From Akkermansia muciniphila (GTDB taxonomy: Bacteria > Verrucomicrobiota > Verrucomicrobiia > Limisphaerales > UBA9464), in assembly GCA_945873715.1 (NCBI GenBank), contig CAMCFL010000001.1, positions 1 to 28,901 on the forward strand: a DNA stretch of 28,901 nt. The letters run 5' to 3'. The notes beneath the pieces are model-generated. The model had not been told where the DNA came from. It searched no databases and worked only from the letters and a program-made list of their open reading frames with translations. This document shows, one piece after another, positions 7,467 to 15,250 of the stretch; within the stretch, counting starts at the first letter, position 1; every line of letters begins with the position of its first letter. The position numbers and the translations under genes are program-made.

Positions 7467-8464
7467 GTGAGTCGCAGGATGAGGACGTGATCATCCATGA
7501 CAAAGCCGTTTCCGATGTCCTGGCAAAGATCGTGGCCGATCTGGAACCCAGCCCGTCGGTAGGCGCGCATCGCACGTTCGTTGCGCCGGTTGACGCGCAG
7601 TTCCACGCGGACAGCACCGATCCGCTCCGCCTGTTGTCGGACGTGCGAAAGCAGGAGCTGTCCCAGTCCGCGGCCGTGGAAGGCGGAATCGAGATAGAGT
7701 TTGTCGAGAAACACCGAGCCGTCGGAAGGATCGGGCTTCCACGCCAGGTAGCCGACCGCGATGCCGTTGACCGAGGCCAGTTCCCAGTGGGTGCCGTCCG
7801 CCATCCCGGCGCGGATCGCGTCCGGGGCGTACATCCGTTCAAGCATGTAGGTGATCTGTTCCTCCGGGATCATGCCACGGTAGGAGGCCCACCAGATCCG
7901 CTGGGAAAGGTCGATCAGGGTCGGGATGTCGTCCGTCGTCGCCGGGCGGATCTGAAGGGATTCCCGGCCGTCGAACTTTCCGGCGGCCACGGACTGACGC
8001 AGCGATCCACCCGAGGCGTGTCGCAGGACCTGGAGGATCTCGGCGAGGATGCTGACCGCGATTTCCTGGGGCGACTCCGACCCGAGGTCCAGTCCGCTGG
8101 GAGCGTATACCCGGGCCAGGGCTGAATCCTGGAATCCGCGCTCGCGCAACCCGGCGAAGACCTGCTGGACCTCGCCCCGGCTGCCCATCATTCCCACGTA
8201 TCCGGCACCCGGCCGCGAAAGGGCCGCGGCGAGCGCTTCACGGTCGACCTCCAGATCCCGACGGACCAGCACGAGGGCTTCATTGGAGAGCCATTCGCGC
8301 GCAAGGATGAATCGGGGCGCGGGACCGGCATGGAGGACCGGGGCGTTGCACGCCGCCAGCAGTCCGGGCCGATCATCGATCACGGTGACGTGCCAACCAC
8401 AGCCAAGGGCCAGTTGGCACAGCGCCTGGCCGCAGTCCCCGGCACCCACGATCACCAGCTTCAT
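7463..8464 (-). CDS. XdhC C-terminal (Rossmann) domain fused to a GNAT acetyltransferase
   Basis: Likely ATG 8464 has GGAGG 7 nt upstream. LVIVGAG...YVGMMGS...APSGLDLGSESPQEIAVSILAEIL is XdhC_C-like. IRPAT...LDKLYLDSAFHGRGLG...VNRRNERAMRAYRRAGF is GNAT. ATGA overlap with the ABC ATPase start. Confidence 0.8.
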   Translation of the reverse strand: MKLVIVGAGDCGQALCQLALGCGWHVTVIDDRPGLLAACNAPVLHAGPAPRFILAREWLSNEALVLVRRDLEVDREALAAALSRPGAGYVGMMGSRGEVQQVFAGLRERGFQDSALARVYAPSGLDLGSESPQEIAVSILAEILQVLRHASGGSLRQSVAAGKFDGRESLQIRPATTDDIPTLIDLSQRIWWASYRGMIPEEQITYMLERMYAPDAIRAGMADGTHWELASVNGIAVGYLAWKPDPSDGSVFLDKLYLDSAFHGRGLGQLLLSHVRQQAERIGAVRVELRVNRRNERAMRAYRRAGFQIGHDLCQDIGNGFVMDDHVLILRLT

Positions 8465-8534
8465 CGGCAAGCCTCCATGGGGGATCATGGGAAGGAAGGG
8501 CATCCGGCCTGTCAACGGGTGAGCGTTCGGCGAC

Positions 8535-8648
8535 GGGCGCATCTTGAGTTTGTTGTCACCGTCGTAGACCTGTTGCCCTCAGCGGGCGGTTCCTCACCGC
8601 CGCCTGAGGGCAGGCGGCCTACATCCATGGCAAACTCAAGATGCCCCC
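8535..8648. mobile_element. 114-bp MITE/REPIN composite element
   Basis: Ends are GGGCGCATCTTGAG...CTCAAGATGCCCCC. Flanks TTCGGCGAC and CCCGGTGAC match at 6/9, consistent with an eroded TSD. Confidence 0.85.
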
Positions 8649-8652
8649 CCCG

Positions 8653-8686
8653 GTGACGATCACACTTTCGAAAGTGTGATCGTCAC
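8653..8686. repeat. Perfect 34-bp palindrome
   Basis: GTGACGATCACACTTTC followed by GAAAGTGTGATCGTCAC, its exact reverse complement. Confidence 0.9.
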
Positions 8687-8709
8687 ATCCCAGCGGAGGA
8701 ACGAGCGTC

Positions 8710-8909
8710 GGAGGAACGAGCTCCGCGAGTCCGAAGCCGCCGGGAACCCGGCTCCGAAGACCGACTGCCCAAGAATCACATGAATGACACGAACCGCACG
8801 AATCCAGCGACCGGTCTGTGATTCGTGGGCTCCGTGGGCAATGGGTCTCATCTGGACGGGTGAGCGTTGATCCGGAGCAGAGCTTCCGACACGCGGAGCT
8901 CGTCCCTTC
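8710..8909. repeat. Inverted pair of GGAGGGACGAGCTCCGCGAGTCC-type repeats
   Basis: GGAGGAACGAGCTCCGCGAGTCC at 8710-8732 and an inverted copy at 8887-8909. The same motif occurs at 14431-14484, ~17177-17195 and 21430-21449. Confidence 0.7.
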
Positions 8910-8985
8910 AAGGCAGGCGCGATCCCGGGGCGTTGACCCCGGATTATCCGCTTGGTCCGGGTTCCGGGAACAGTAGCGTCCGGAC

Positions 8986-9585
8986 ATGATTGGAACCTTG
9001 GAAGCACTGGAGACGTACTTGCGGGCGCTTGGGCAGGAGGAGCCGTCGCTCGCAGCGGAATGCGTGTTGATCCGGCCGGGAATCGACGAGGCTGCGTGTG
9101 TCGCCCTCCGGACCGCCTTCCCGGGTCTCCCGGAATCCTATCTCGCCTGTGCGCGGACGTTCCGTTTCACCGGGGTTCAGGTCGGGGGATTCCTGCTCAG
9201 CCCCATGGCCGGTCGCGGGACGCTCGTCGACGGCCTTCTCCGCACCAATTCGGCGGTGAACCCGGCCTGGCCACGGCTCAGCAACGAGGGATTCGTCGAG
9301 GTCGCCCTGGGCGAGAGCGATCTGGTCGCCGTCGCCTGCAAGGGGTCCCGGGTTCCTGAGGGTTCGGTGCTCGCGCTGGATCTCTTCGACCTGGAGGAAG
9401 CCCCGGCCCTGCTGGCCTCCAGCTTCGAGAAGTTCCTGCTCTACGCCGGCAACATGATGCAGATCTCCGCCCAACTCGACGGCGAGGAAGCCGTGGACGA
9501 ACTCGCCGAACGCCTCGTCGCCCTCGGAGCCACCGAGATCATGGTCGATGGATGGAGCAGCATCGCGGAAGAGTTCTTCTTCTAA
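8986..9585 (+). CDS. SMI1/KNR4 (SUKH)-like protein
   Basis: 199 aa, acidic. It has LPESY near the N-terminus and LASSFEKFL near the domain end, both typical SUKH motifs. Confidence 0.6.
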   Translation: MIGTLEALETYLRALGQEEPSLAAECVLIRPGIDEAACVALRTAFPGLPESYLACARTFRFTGVQVGGFLLSPMAGRGTLVDGLLRTNSAVNPAWPRLSNEGFVEVALGESDLVAVACKGSRVPEGSVLALDLFDLEEAPALLASSFEKFLLYAGNMMQISAQLDGEEAVDELAERLVALGATEIMVDGWSSIAEEFFF

Positions 9586-9597
9586 GCTTTCGCCGGT

Positions 9598-12500
9598 ATG
9601 CCCCTACCTCCACATCGTGCTTCGGCGGCGCAAGGCCTGACTCCTGAGTCGGCGGTGGCTGTAGGCCGCCTGCCCTCAGGCGGCGATCTGGCAACGCCCG
9701 CTGGGGGCAGCGGGCCTACCATTCAACGCACCGCGTGGTGGGCGTTGGCAGTGGCGCTGACGATCATCCTCCAGGGAACCTGCCTCGCCGCCGGTGCCAC
9801 GGCGCGGGGTGACAACGGTCGGACCGGGGTTTCCCCAGCAGGTCCAGCGGGCTCCCTGAAGCCGGCTTGGTCCATCGATTCCGGCCTGCCCGCCCCGGCC
9901 TGGGCAGGAGAGGCCCGCGGGAGCCTGTGGCAGAAGATCAGCCAGTCTTTCGTTCCCCGGGCCGCCGATGATCTCGCTCCGGTCCCGCTGGTCGCCGACG
10001 GCCTCGTCGTGTTCGCCACCACCCGCGATGAGGTGCGCTGCGTCGATCGTGATACCGGCCGGCTCCGGTGGTCCCACTGGTGCGCCGGTCCGGTCCGTTA
10101 CGCCCCGATGATCGATGGGGATCAGGTGTTGGTGGGTTCGGACGACGGTTGCATCCATGCGTTGGATCGACTGACAGGCCAGCAACGGTGGCGCGTCCGG
10201 ATCGGCCCTGAGGCACCCTGGATCTCCGGCAATGGCCGGCTTATCCCTCCACATCCAGTCCGCACCGGGCTGCTGGTTTCCGATGGGGTGATCTACGCCA
10301 CGGCCGGACTGTTTCCCCTGGAGGGGACCTACCTCGTCGCCCTGGAGACCGCCGATGGACACCTCCGTTGGCGACGCAACCTGGGCAACGTTTCCCCGCA
10401 GGGTTATCTGGTGGAAGCCGGCGCAGACCTGATCGTTCCCAACGGGCGCGCTGCGGCGCGGTTGTACCGGAAGGACGACGGCACCTTCCGCCGGGAACTG
10501 GGCCCGGCCACCGGCACGCTGGCGGTCGTGTCCGGAGAGGAGACCTTCGCCGGCCCCGGTGCCACGGGTGCCATCACCGGAGGCGGGACCAAGCCAGGAG
10601 CCAAGGTGGTCTCCTATCCCGGTCGGCATCTGGCGGTCACCCCCGCGCTGAGCGTGCTGGTGAACGAACGCGAGATCCTGGCGCTCGATCGTGCCGTCCT
10701 GCGCAGCAGCGGCGGGGATCTCGCCCGCGCCTTGCGTTGGAAACGATCCCTGCCCGGGGCGGGTGCGCTGATGATTGCCGGCCGTCGCGTCTATGTTGGC
10801 ACGGGCGAAGGCATTTCGGTCTTCGACCTCGAATCGGGCGAACCCCGGGAAACGCTTCCGCTCGCCGGGAACGTGGTCGGCCTGGCGGCCGATGCCGTCT
10901 CCGTCATCGCCACCACGGCCGACGGACGGGTGCATGCCTTCCTGGTGTCTCCGCGGGAAGGGTCCCTCCCTGCACCCGCTGGAATCCCGTCGGCGAGCGC
11001 GACCGCTGGAACGCCCGTTCCGGAGCTGTCGGATTGGGTGGGGACGTTGTCGTCCCCCCGTGGATGGGCCCTCTGGTGCGGCCCGGACGATCCCGTGTCC
11101 CGGTTCCCGGCGCTGATCACAGGGTCGGAACTGCATTGGATCTTTGCCGTGACCGAGGCGCAGGCACCGGCCCTGCGCCAGACCCTGGCGGCCCGGGGAT
11201 GGCTGGGCACACGGGCCGCCGTCATCGGACGTCGGGCGGATGGTTCGGTTCCCGTTGCCGATCACCTCTTCAATCTGGTGGTCGCCGATGATCTCTCCCC
11301 GGCGGAATCGGCCCGTCTGGTCTGTCCTGCTCCCTCCGGTGCCGTGGTCCGGTCCGGGAAGGTTTCCCGCGTGGAAGCGGATCCGCGCACCGGCCGCTGG
11401 ACCCACCAGTACGGCACCGCGGGAAACACCTGTGCGACGGAGCAGTCGATGAACGGGGCTCCGCGGCTCCAGTGGTTCGGCGGGCATGGACCGGAACGCA
11501 TGCCTGATCGGCACACCCGCGGACACGCGCCCCTGGCTGCCGCCGGAGCGGTGGTGTCGGTGGCGGAGAATGGATTGATCGGGACCGATGCCCGCAACGG
11601 CACGGTGCGTTGGCAGGTGGAGTTGCCCGATTCGATGCGCTACGCGATGCCCTACGATGCCGGTCATGTGGTGCTGGGCGAAGACGGTCGCCGCGTCTGG
11701 GCCGCGGTCGGCGGGGAATTGTGGGAGATCGAGACCCGCCTCGGGACGGTGGGTCGCAAGGTTCCTTCCCCGGGCACCGGCGAGTCGTGGGGATGGGTGG
11801 CGCGCGACGCCGGAACTCTCTTCGGAAGTTCGGCGCGACCCACCGCCGCCCGTACCCGGAAGGAATATGACCTGGTGGATCTGGAGTACCGATCCGGCCG
11901 GCCATTGGTGTGTTCACTCAGCCTGTTCCGACTGGACGACGGTGCCCTGGCTCCCCGATGGCGGGTGGGGTCCACCGGGGCCTGGGTGAACCCGACCCTG
12001 TGCGTCGCCGGCGGCCGGGTGTTTGCCATCGAGGCGATCGGTCCCAAGGCACGGGCGGATCGCACCGGACGCCTGACCTGTGCGGCGGTCCTGGAAGACG
12101 CCCGGGTCGTCTGTCTCGATGCCGACACCGGACGTCGCCTGTGGGAGCAACCCCTGAAATGGCCTGAAGCGGAGGATATCCTCGGGCTCGCGGTCGCCGG
12201 GGATCGGTTGATCCTCTCCTGCGCCCGCAGCGCCGGTCCGCAGGCTGCCTATCACCTGCGATGCTGGCGGACGGCGGATGGTGGTGAGGAATGGCGGTCG
12301 TCGGGGCTCAACCCGATTCACGATCTGTTCCACGGGCAACAGGTGAAACGGCCGGTGATCGCCGGCGACAAGGTGGCCTTTGAAAGCGATCTCTTCCAGA
12401 TCGCGTCGGGGCGACGATGGGTTCCTCCCGCGGCGGCGGGCGACTGGATCCTCAAACGTCCCGGCCACGCCTGCGGCGGAATGACCGGAGGCCAGGAGGG

Positions 12501-12726
12501 GCTTCTCTTCCGCGCCGACAACCCAACCTTTTTCCGGTTCTCGGACGGTTCGTTCACCCGACTGGCCCCCACCCGTCCGGGTTGCTGGCTCAACATCCTG
12601 CCGGTCGAGGGAGGCATCGTGATTCCCGAGGCCAGCGCTTCGTGCGTCTGTGGGTATCCCATCCAGGCCTCGTTGGGATTCGCCTTCGGGCGCGAGCCCG
12701 CTTCGATGCTGCCCGACGTGCGCTAG
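9598..12726 (+). CDS. Secreted PQQ-like beta-propeller repeat protein with degenerate central methyltransferase-like domain
   Basis: Hydrophobic signal segment, repeated GxxxW propeller motifs (TGRLRWS, TGQQRWR, GTVRWQ, TGRRLWE), central alpha/beta domain, and a C-terminal HACG...RPGCW...CVC. The start is uncertain because a repeat sits in the 5' part. Confidence 0.8.
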   Translation: MPLPPHRASAAQGLTPESAVAVGRLPSGGDLATPAGGSGPTIQRTAWWALAVALTIILQGTCLAAGATARGDNGRTGVSPAGPAGSLKPAWSIDSGLPAPAWAGEARGSLWQKISQSFVPRAADDLAPVPLVADGLVVFATTRDEVRCVDRDTGRLRWSHWCAGPVRYAPMIDGDQVLVGSDDGCIHALDRLTGQQRWRVRIGPEAPWISGNGRLIPPHPVRTGLLVSDGVIYATAGLFPLEGTYLVALETADGHLRWRRNLGNVSPQGYLVEAGADLIVPNGRAAARLYRKDDGTFRRELGPATGTLAVVSGEETFAGPGATGAITGGGTKPGAKVVSYPGRHLAVTPALSVLVNEREILALDRAVLRSSGGDLARALRWKRSLPGAGALMIAGRRVYVGTGEGISVFDLESGEPRETLPLAGNVVGLAADAVSVIATTADGRVHAFLVSPREGSLPAPAGIPSASATAGTPVPELSDWVGTLSSPRGWALWCGPDDPVSRFPALITGSELHWIFAVTEAQAPALRQTLAARGWLGTRAAVIGRRADGSVPVADHLFNLVVADDLSPAESARLVCPAPSGAVVRSGKVSRVEADPRTGRWTHQYGTAGNTCATEQSMNGAPRLQWFGGHGPERMPDRHTRGHAPLAAAGAVVSVAENGLIGTDARNGTVRWQVELPDSMRYAMPYDAGHVVLGEDGRRVWAAVGGELWEIETRLGTVGRKVPSPGTGESWGWVARDAGTLFGSSARPTAARTRKEYDLVDLEYRSGRPLVCSLSLFRLDDGALAPRWRVGSTGAWVNPTLCVAGGRVFAIEAIGPKARADRTGRLTCAAVLEDARVVCLDADTGRRLWEQPLKWPEAEDILGLAVAGDRLILSCARSAGPQAAYHLRCWRTADGGEEWRSSGLNPIHDLFHGQQVKRPVIAGDKVAFESDLFQIASGRRWVPPAAAGDWILKRPGHACGGMTGGQEGLLFRADNPTFFRFSDGSFTRLAPTRPGCWLNILPVEGGIVIPEASASCVCGYPIQASLGFAFGREPASMLPDVR
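9635..9719. mobile_element. Partial MITE/REPIN copy inside the 5' end of the 9598 ORF
   Basis: 59-nt core at 9661-9719 plus a left arm matching the 4688 copy at 18/26. The right arm is lost. Confidence 0.75.
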
Positions 12727-12731
12727 GGTGG

Positions 12732-13148
12732 CCGCGGTCCCGGGCATGTGCCCGCCGGAAGCGGCCGGTCGTGTCCCTCGCTCCCCGATCGCCGATTCAC
12801 GCGGAGCGTCCTGGAGTGCGCGCAGCGTCAGCTGCCGCTTTGGTCGCGGGAGCTGCGGAGGCTGGGGACGCTCATGTGCCCCGGCAAGCCACGGAGTCCA
12901 ACCCTCGCGGTGCGGCCGCGGGGCCGGAAGGTTCGTCGGCCGGCACTGCGGTGGAGCGGGCGAAAGCGGCAGCTGACGCTGCGCGCACTCCAGGACGCTG
13001 CCGCGCCAGGGGCAACCGCTCGGTTCGGGACCGGTCGAAGGGTGGGTCGAACTCCGCTTCCCCGCTTCTCCGCGGCTGGCCCTTTGCCGGAGAAACCAAA
13101 GCATTGGGCGGGGACGCCCGCGGTCCCGGGCATGCGCTCGCCGGAAGC
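12732..13148. repeat. 37-bp perfect inverted repeat enclosed by 31-bp direct repeats
   Basis: AGCGTCCTGGAGTGCGCGCAGCGTCAGCTGCCGCTTT at 12805-12841 has its exact reverse complement at 12963-12999. Direct repeats at 12732-12762 and 13118-13148 match at 29/31. Confidence 0.85.
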
Positions 13149-13201
13149 CGGAACTCCTCCCCGTCCTTGCGGGAAATGCATTCCGGAGGTTCATTTCGCG
13201 G

Positions 13202-14356
13202 ATGCGTTCAGGTTCTGTCATCGGGCTTTCCGTCGTCCTTCTGGCCCTCGGCTGCGGCAAGGAGGAAGTCCGGGTGTATTCGGCTCCCAAGGAAACCAAT
13301 ACCCAACCCGCCGTCGCGGCCCCGTCTGCCGGGGCAACGCCTGTAGAAGCACCCGCGACGGGATCGGGTGCGGCAGAAGAGGTCGAGCGACCGGGAAATC
13401 CCAAGGTTCCCTGGACGGTTCCGGCCGGGTGGCAGAGCCGACCCAATGCCAGCGGGATGCGCCTTGCCAGCTACGGAGTGACCACGGCGGATGGACGCAG
13501 CGTGGACATCTCGGTGGTGGCCCTGGGCGAGAATGCCGGGACGGAGCTCGAGAACGTCAATCGCTGGCGCGGACAGCTGAAGCTCGAGCCGCTGACCGAA
13601 GAACAGCTCGCCGGGGCCCGGGATCCCGTTCGGGTGGGCGGTGAGCCGGGCTTTGTCTACGACCAGGTCAGCACGACCCCCATCCTCGATGGCAAGTACC
13701 GGTCGCGAACCCTCGCCACCATGCTGCCCGCCGGACAGATGACCGTCTTCTTCAAGGCCACCGGCGAAGCTGATCTGGTGGCGGCGGAGAAACTCAATTT
13801 CATCGCCTGGCTGGCCTCCGTGAAGACCGGACCGGAAGGCGGAGAGGCCGAGCGTCCTACGGCGCGGCCACCGGCGACGGTCGCCGCTCCGGGTGCCGGT
13901 GCGGCGTCCGCAGCGGCCCCTTCTCTTCCGCCAGGGCCTGCCGCTGGACTTCCCGCGTGGAAGGCCCCTGCGCATTGGAAGGTGGGCGGCCCGCGGACGA
14001 TGCGGCTCGCCAGCTTCGAGATCCCCGGAGAAGGCAAGACCGTGGGCGACGTTTCGATCAGCACCCTGTCTTCCGGTGGCGGTGGGTTGTTGGCGAATGT
14101 GAACCGTTGGCGCGGGCAGGTGGGATTGGCACCGACCGACGACGCGACCCTGGCCAAGGAAGCCAAGACCCTGACCCTTTCGAAGGGCCAGAAGGCCACC
14201 GTCGTGGATCTGGGTGGCAGCGGACCCAACCGGATCCTCGGGGCGATCATTCCCGACGGCGACAAGTCCTGGTTCTTCAAGCTGACGGGCCCCGACGCCC
14301 TGGTGGTGAAGGAACGCGAGAACTTCCTGGGCTGGATCCAGTCGGTGGGGCTGTGA
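13202..14356 (+). CDS. Putative lipoprotein with two tandem copies of an NVNRWRGQ domain
   Basis: Lipobox-like LALGC. Two homologous domains (W..P..W...MRLAS(Y/F)...NVNRWRGQ...FFK.TG...F..W..SV) are joined by an Ala/Pro linker. Confidence 0.8.
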   Translation: MRSGSVIGLSVVLLALGCGKEEVRVYSAPKETNTQPAVAAPSAGATPVEAPATGSGAAEEVERPGNPKVPWTVPAGWQSRPNASGMRLASYGVTTADGRSVDISVVALGENAGTELENVNRWRGQLKLEPLTEEQLAGARDPVRVGGEPGFVYDQVSTTPILDGKYRSRTLATMLPAGQMTVFFKATGEADLVAAEKLNFIAWLASVKTGPEGGEAERPTARPPATVAAPGAGAASAAAPSLPPGPAAGLPAWKAPAHWKVGGPRTMRLASFEIPGEGKTVGDVSISTLSSGGGGLLANVNRWRGQVGLAPTDDATLAKEAKTLTLSKGQKATVVDLGGSGPNRILGAIIPDGDKSWFFKLTGPDALVVKERENFLGWIQSVGL

Positions 14357-14545
14357 GGGGGAGTTCCCAGCGGCCAGTTGGGAGTTCCCAGTGACCAGAT
14401 GCCAGTTGCCAGATCCCTGCGACCCGTTTCGGAGGGACGAGTTCCATGAGTCCGTGGTTTCGGATTCGCGGAGCTCGTCCCTCCGGAATCTGGGTGCTGG
14501 CAACTGGGATCTGGGATCTGGGAACTCGCCTCTGGCAACTCCCCT
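14356..14545. repeat. Inverted heptamer arrays enclosing an inverted REP-like pair
   Basis: NNNCCAG heptamers at 14364-14412 and CTGGNAW heptamers at 14490-14538 surround the inverted 23-mers at 14431-14453 and 14462-14484. Confidence 0.8.
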
Positions 14546-14586
14546 CGCCGCATTGACCCGGCCCTCCTGAAATGCTGGCCTTGGGG

Positions 14587-14919
14587 ATGGCAGATGCTGA
14601 ATTGAAGATCGAAGTCCTCACCCCGGGTCAGGGCGCTACGCCCAAGAAGGGATCCCGCGTGAGCGTTCACTACACCGGCACCCTCACCGACGGCACGAAG
14701 TTCGACAGCTCGGTGGACCGCGATGAACCCTTCGAGTTCGTCCTCGGACTCGGTCAGGTGATTGCCGGGTGGGACCAGGGCGTGGCCACCATGCGGGTCG
14801 GCGACAAGGTCCGGTTGACCATTCCGCATCACCTCGCCTACGGAGAGCGGGGATATCCGGGCGTGATCCCACCGCGGGCCACGCTGGTGTTCGAGGTCGA
14901 GCTGTTGGGGATTGCCTGA
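14587..14919 (+). CDS. FKBP-type peptidyl-prolyl cis-trans isomerase
   Basis: [37 protein letters not shown] and [14 protein letters not shown] are canonical FKBP motifs. Likely start is ATG 14587. Confidence 0.95.
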   Translation: MADAELKIEVLTPGQGATPKKGSRVSVHYTGTLTDGTKFDSSVDRDEPFEFVLGLGQVIAGWDQGVATMRVGDKVRLTIPHHLAYGERGYPGVIPPRATLVFEVELLGIA

Positions 14920-14935
14920 GCCATCGCCCTGGAAG

Positions 14936-15037
14936 GGGTGCATCTGGCGTGGGTCATGGATGTAGGCCGCCTGCCCTCCGGCGGCGATGAGGCAACGCCC
15001 GCTGAGGGCAGCGGGCCTACAACCCTGACCACAAACT
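14936..15037. mobile_element. MITE/REPIN composite copy, right end truncated
   Basis: 26-nt arm from GGGTGCATC, core at 14962-15020, and a partial right arm ending TGACCACAAACT. Confidence 0.8.
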
Positions 15038-15250
15038 TTGCAAGTGAGGGAAGTTCAGCCAGGGATGGCTTCGTGATCTGCGCCATCTGCGGAGGGATCT
15101 CCGGTTTCCAGGATCACCGTGACGGTCGGTGGACCTCCCGGTCCAACGCCCCAATCAGCCATGGAGACCGGGAACTCGGAGACGGGGAAAGAAGCGTCGC
15201 AGGGCGGTGCTTGCCGTTGGAACATTCCCGGAGCAGCATTGGCAATTCCT

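Noticed and set aside
9598-12726. PQQ-dependent dehydrogenase or BamB assignment
   Set aside because: Only generic propeller repeats are seen. Quinoprotein catalytic motifs are not evident, and the size and architecture differ from BamB.
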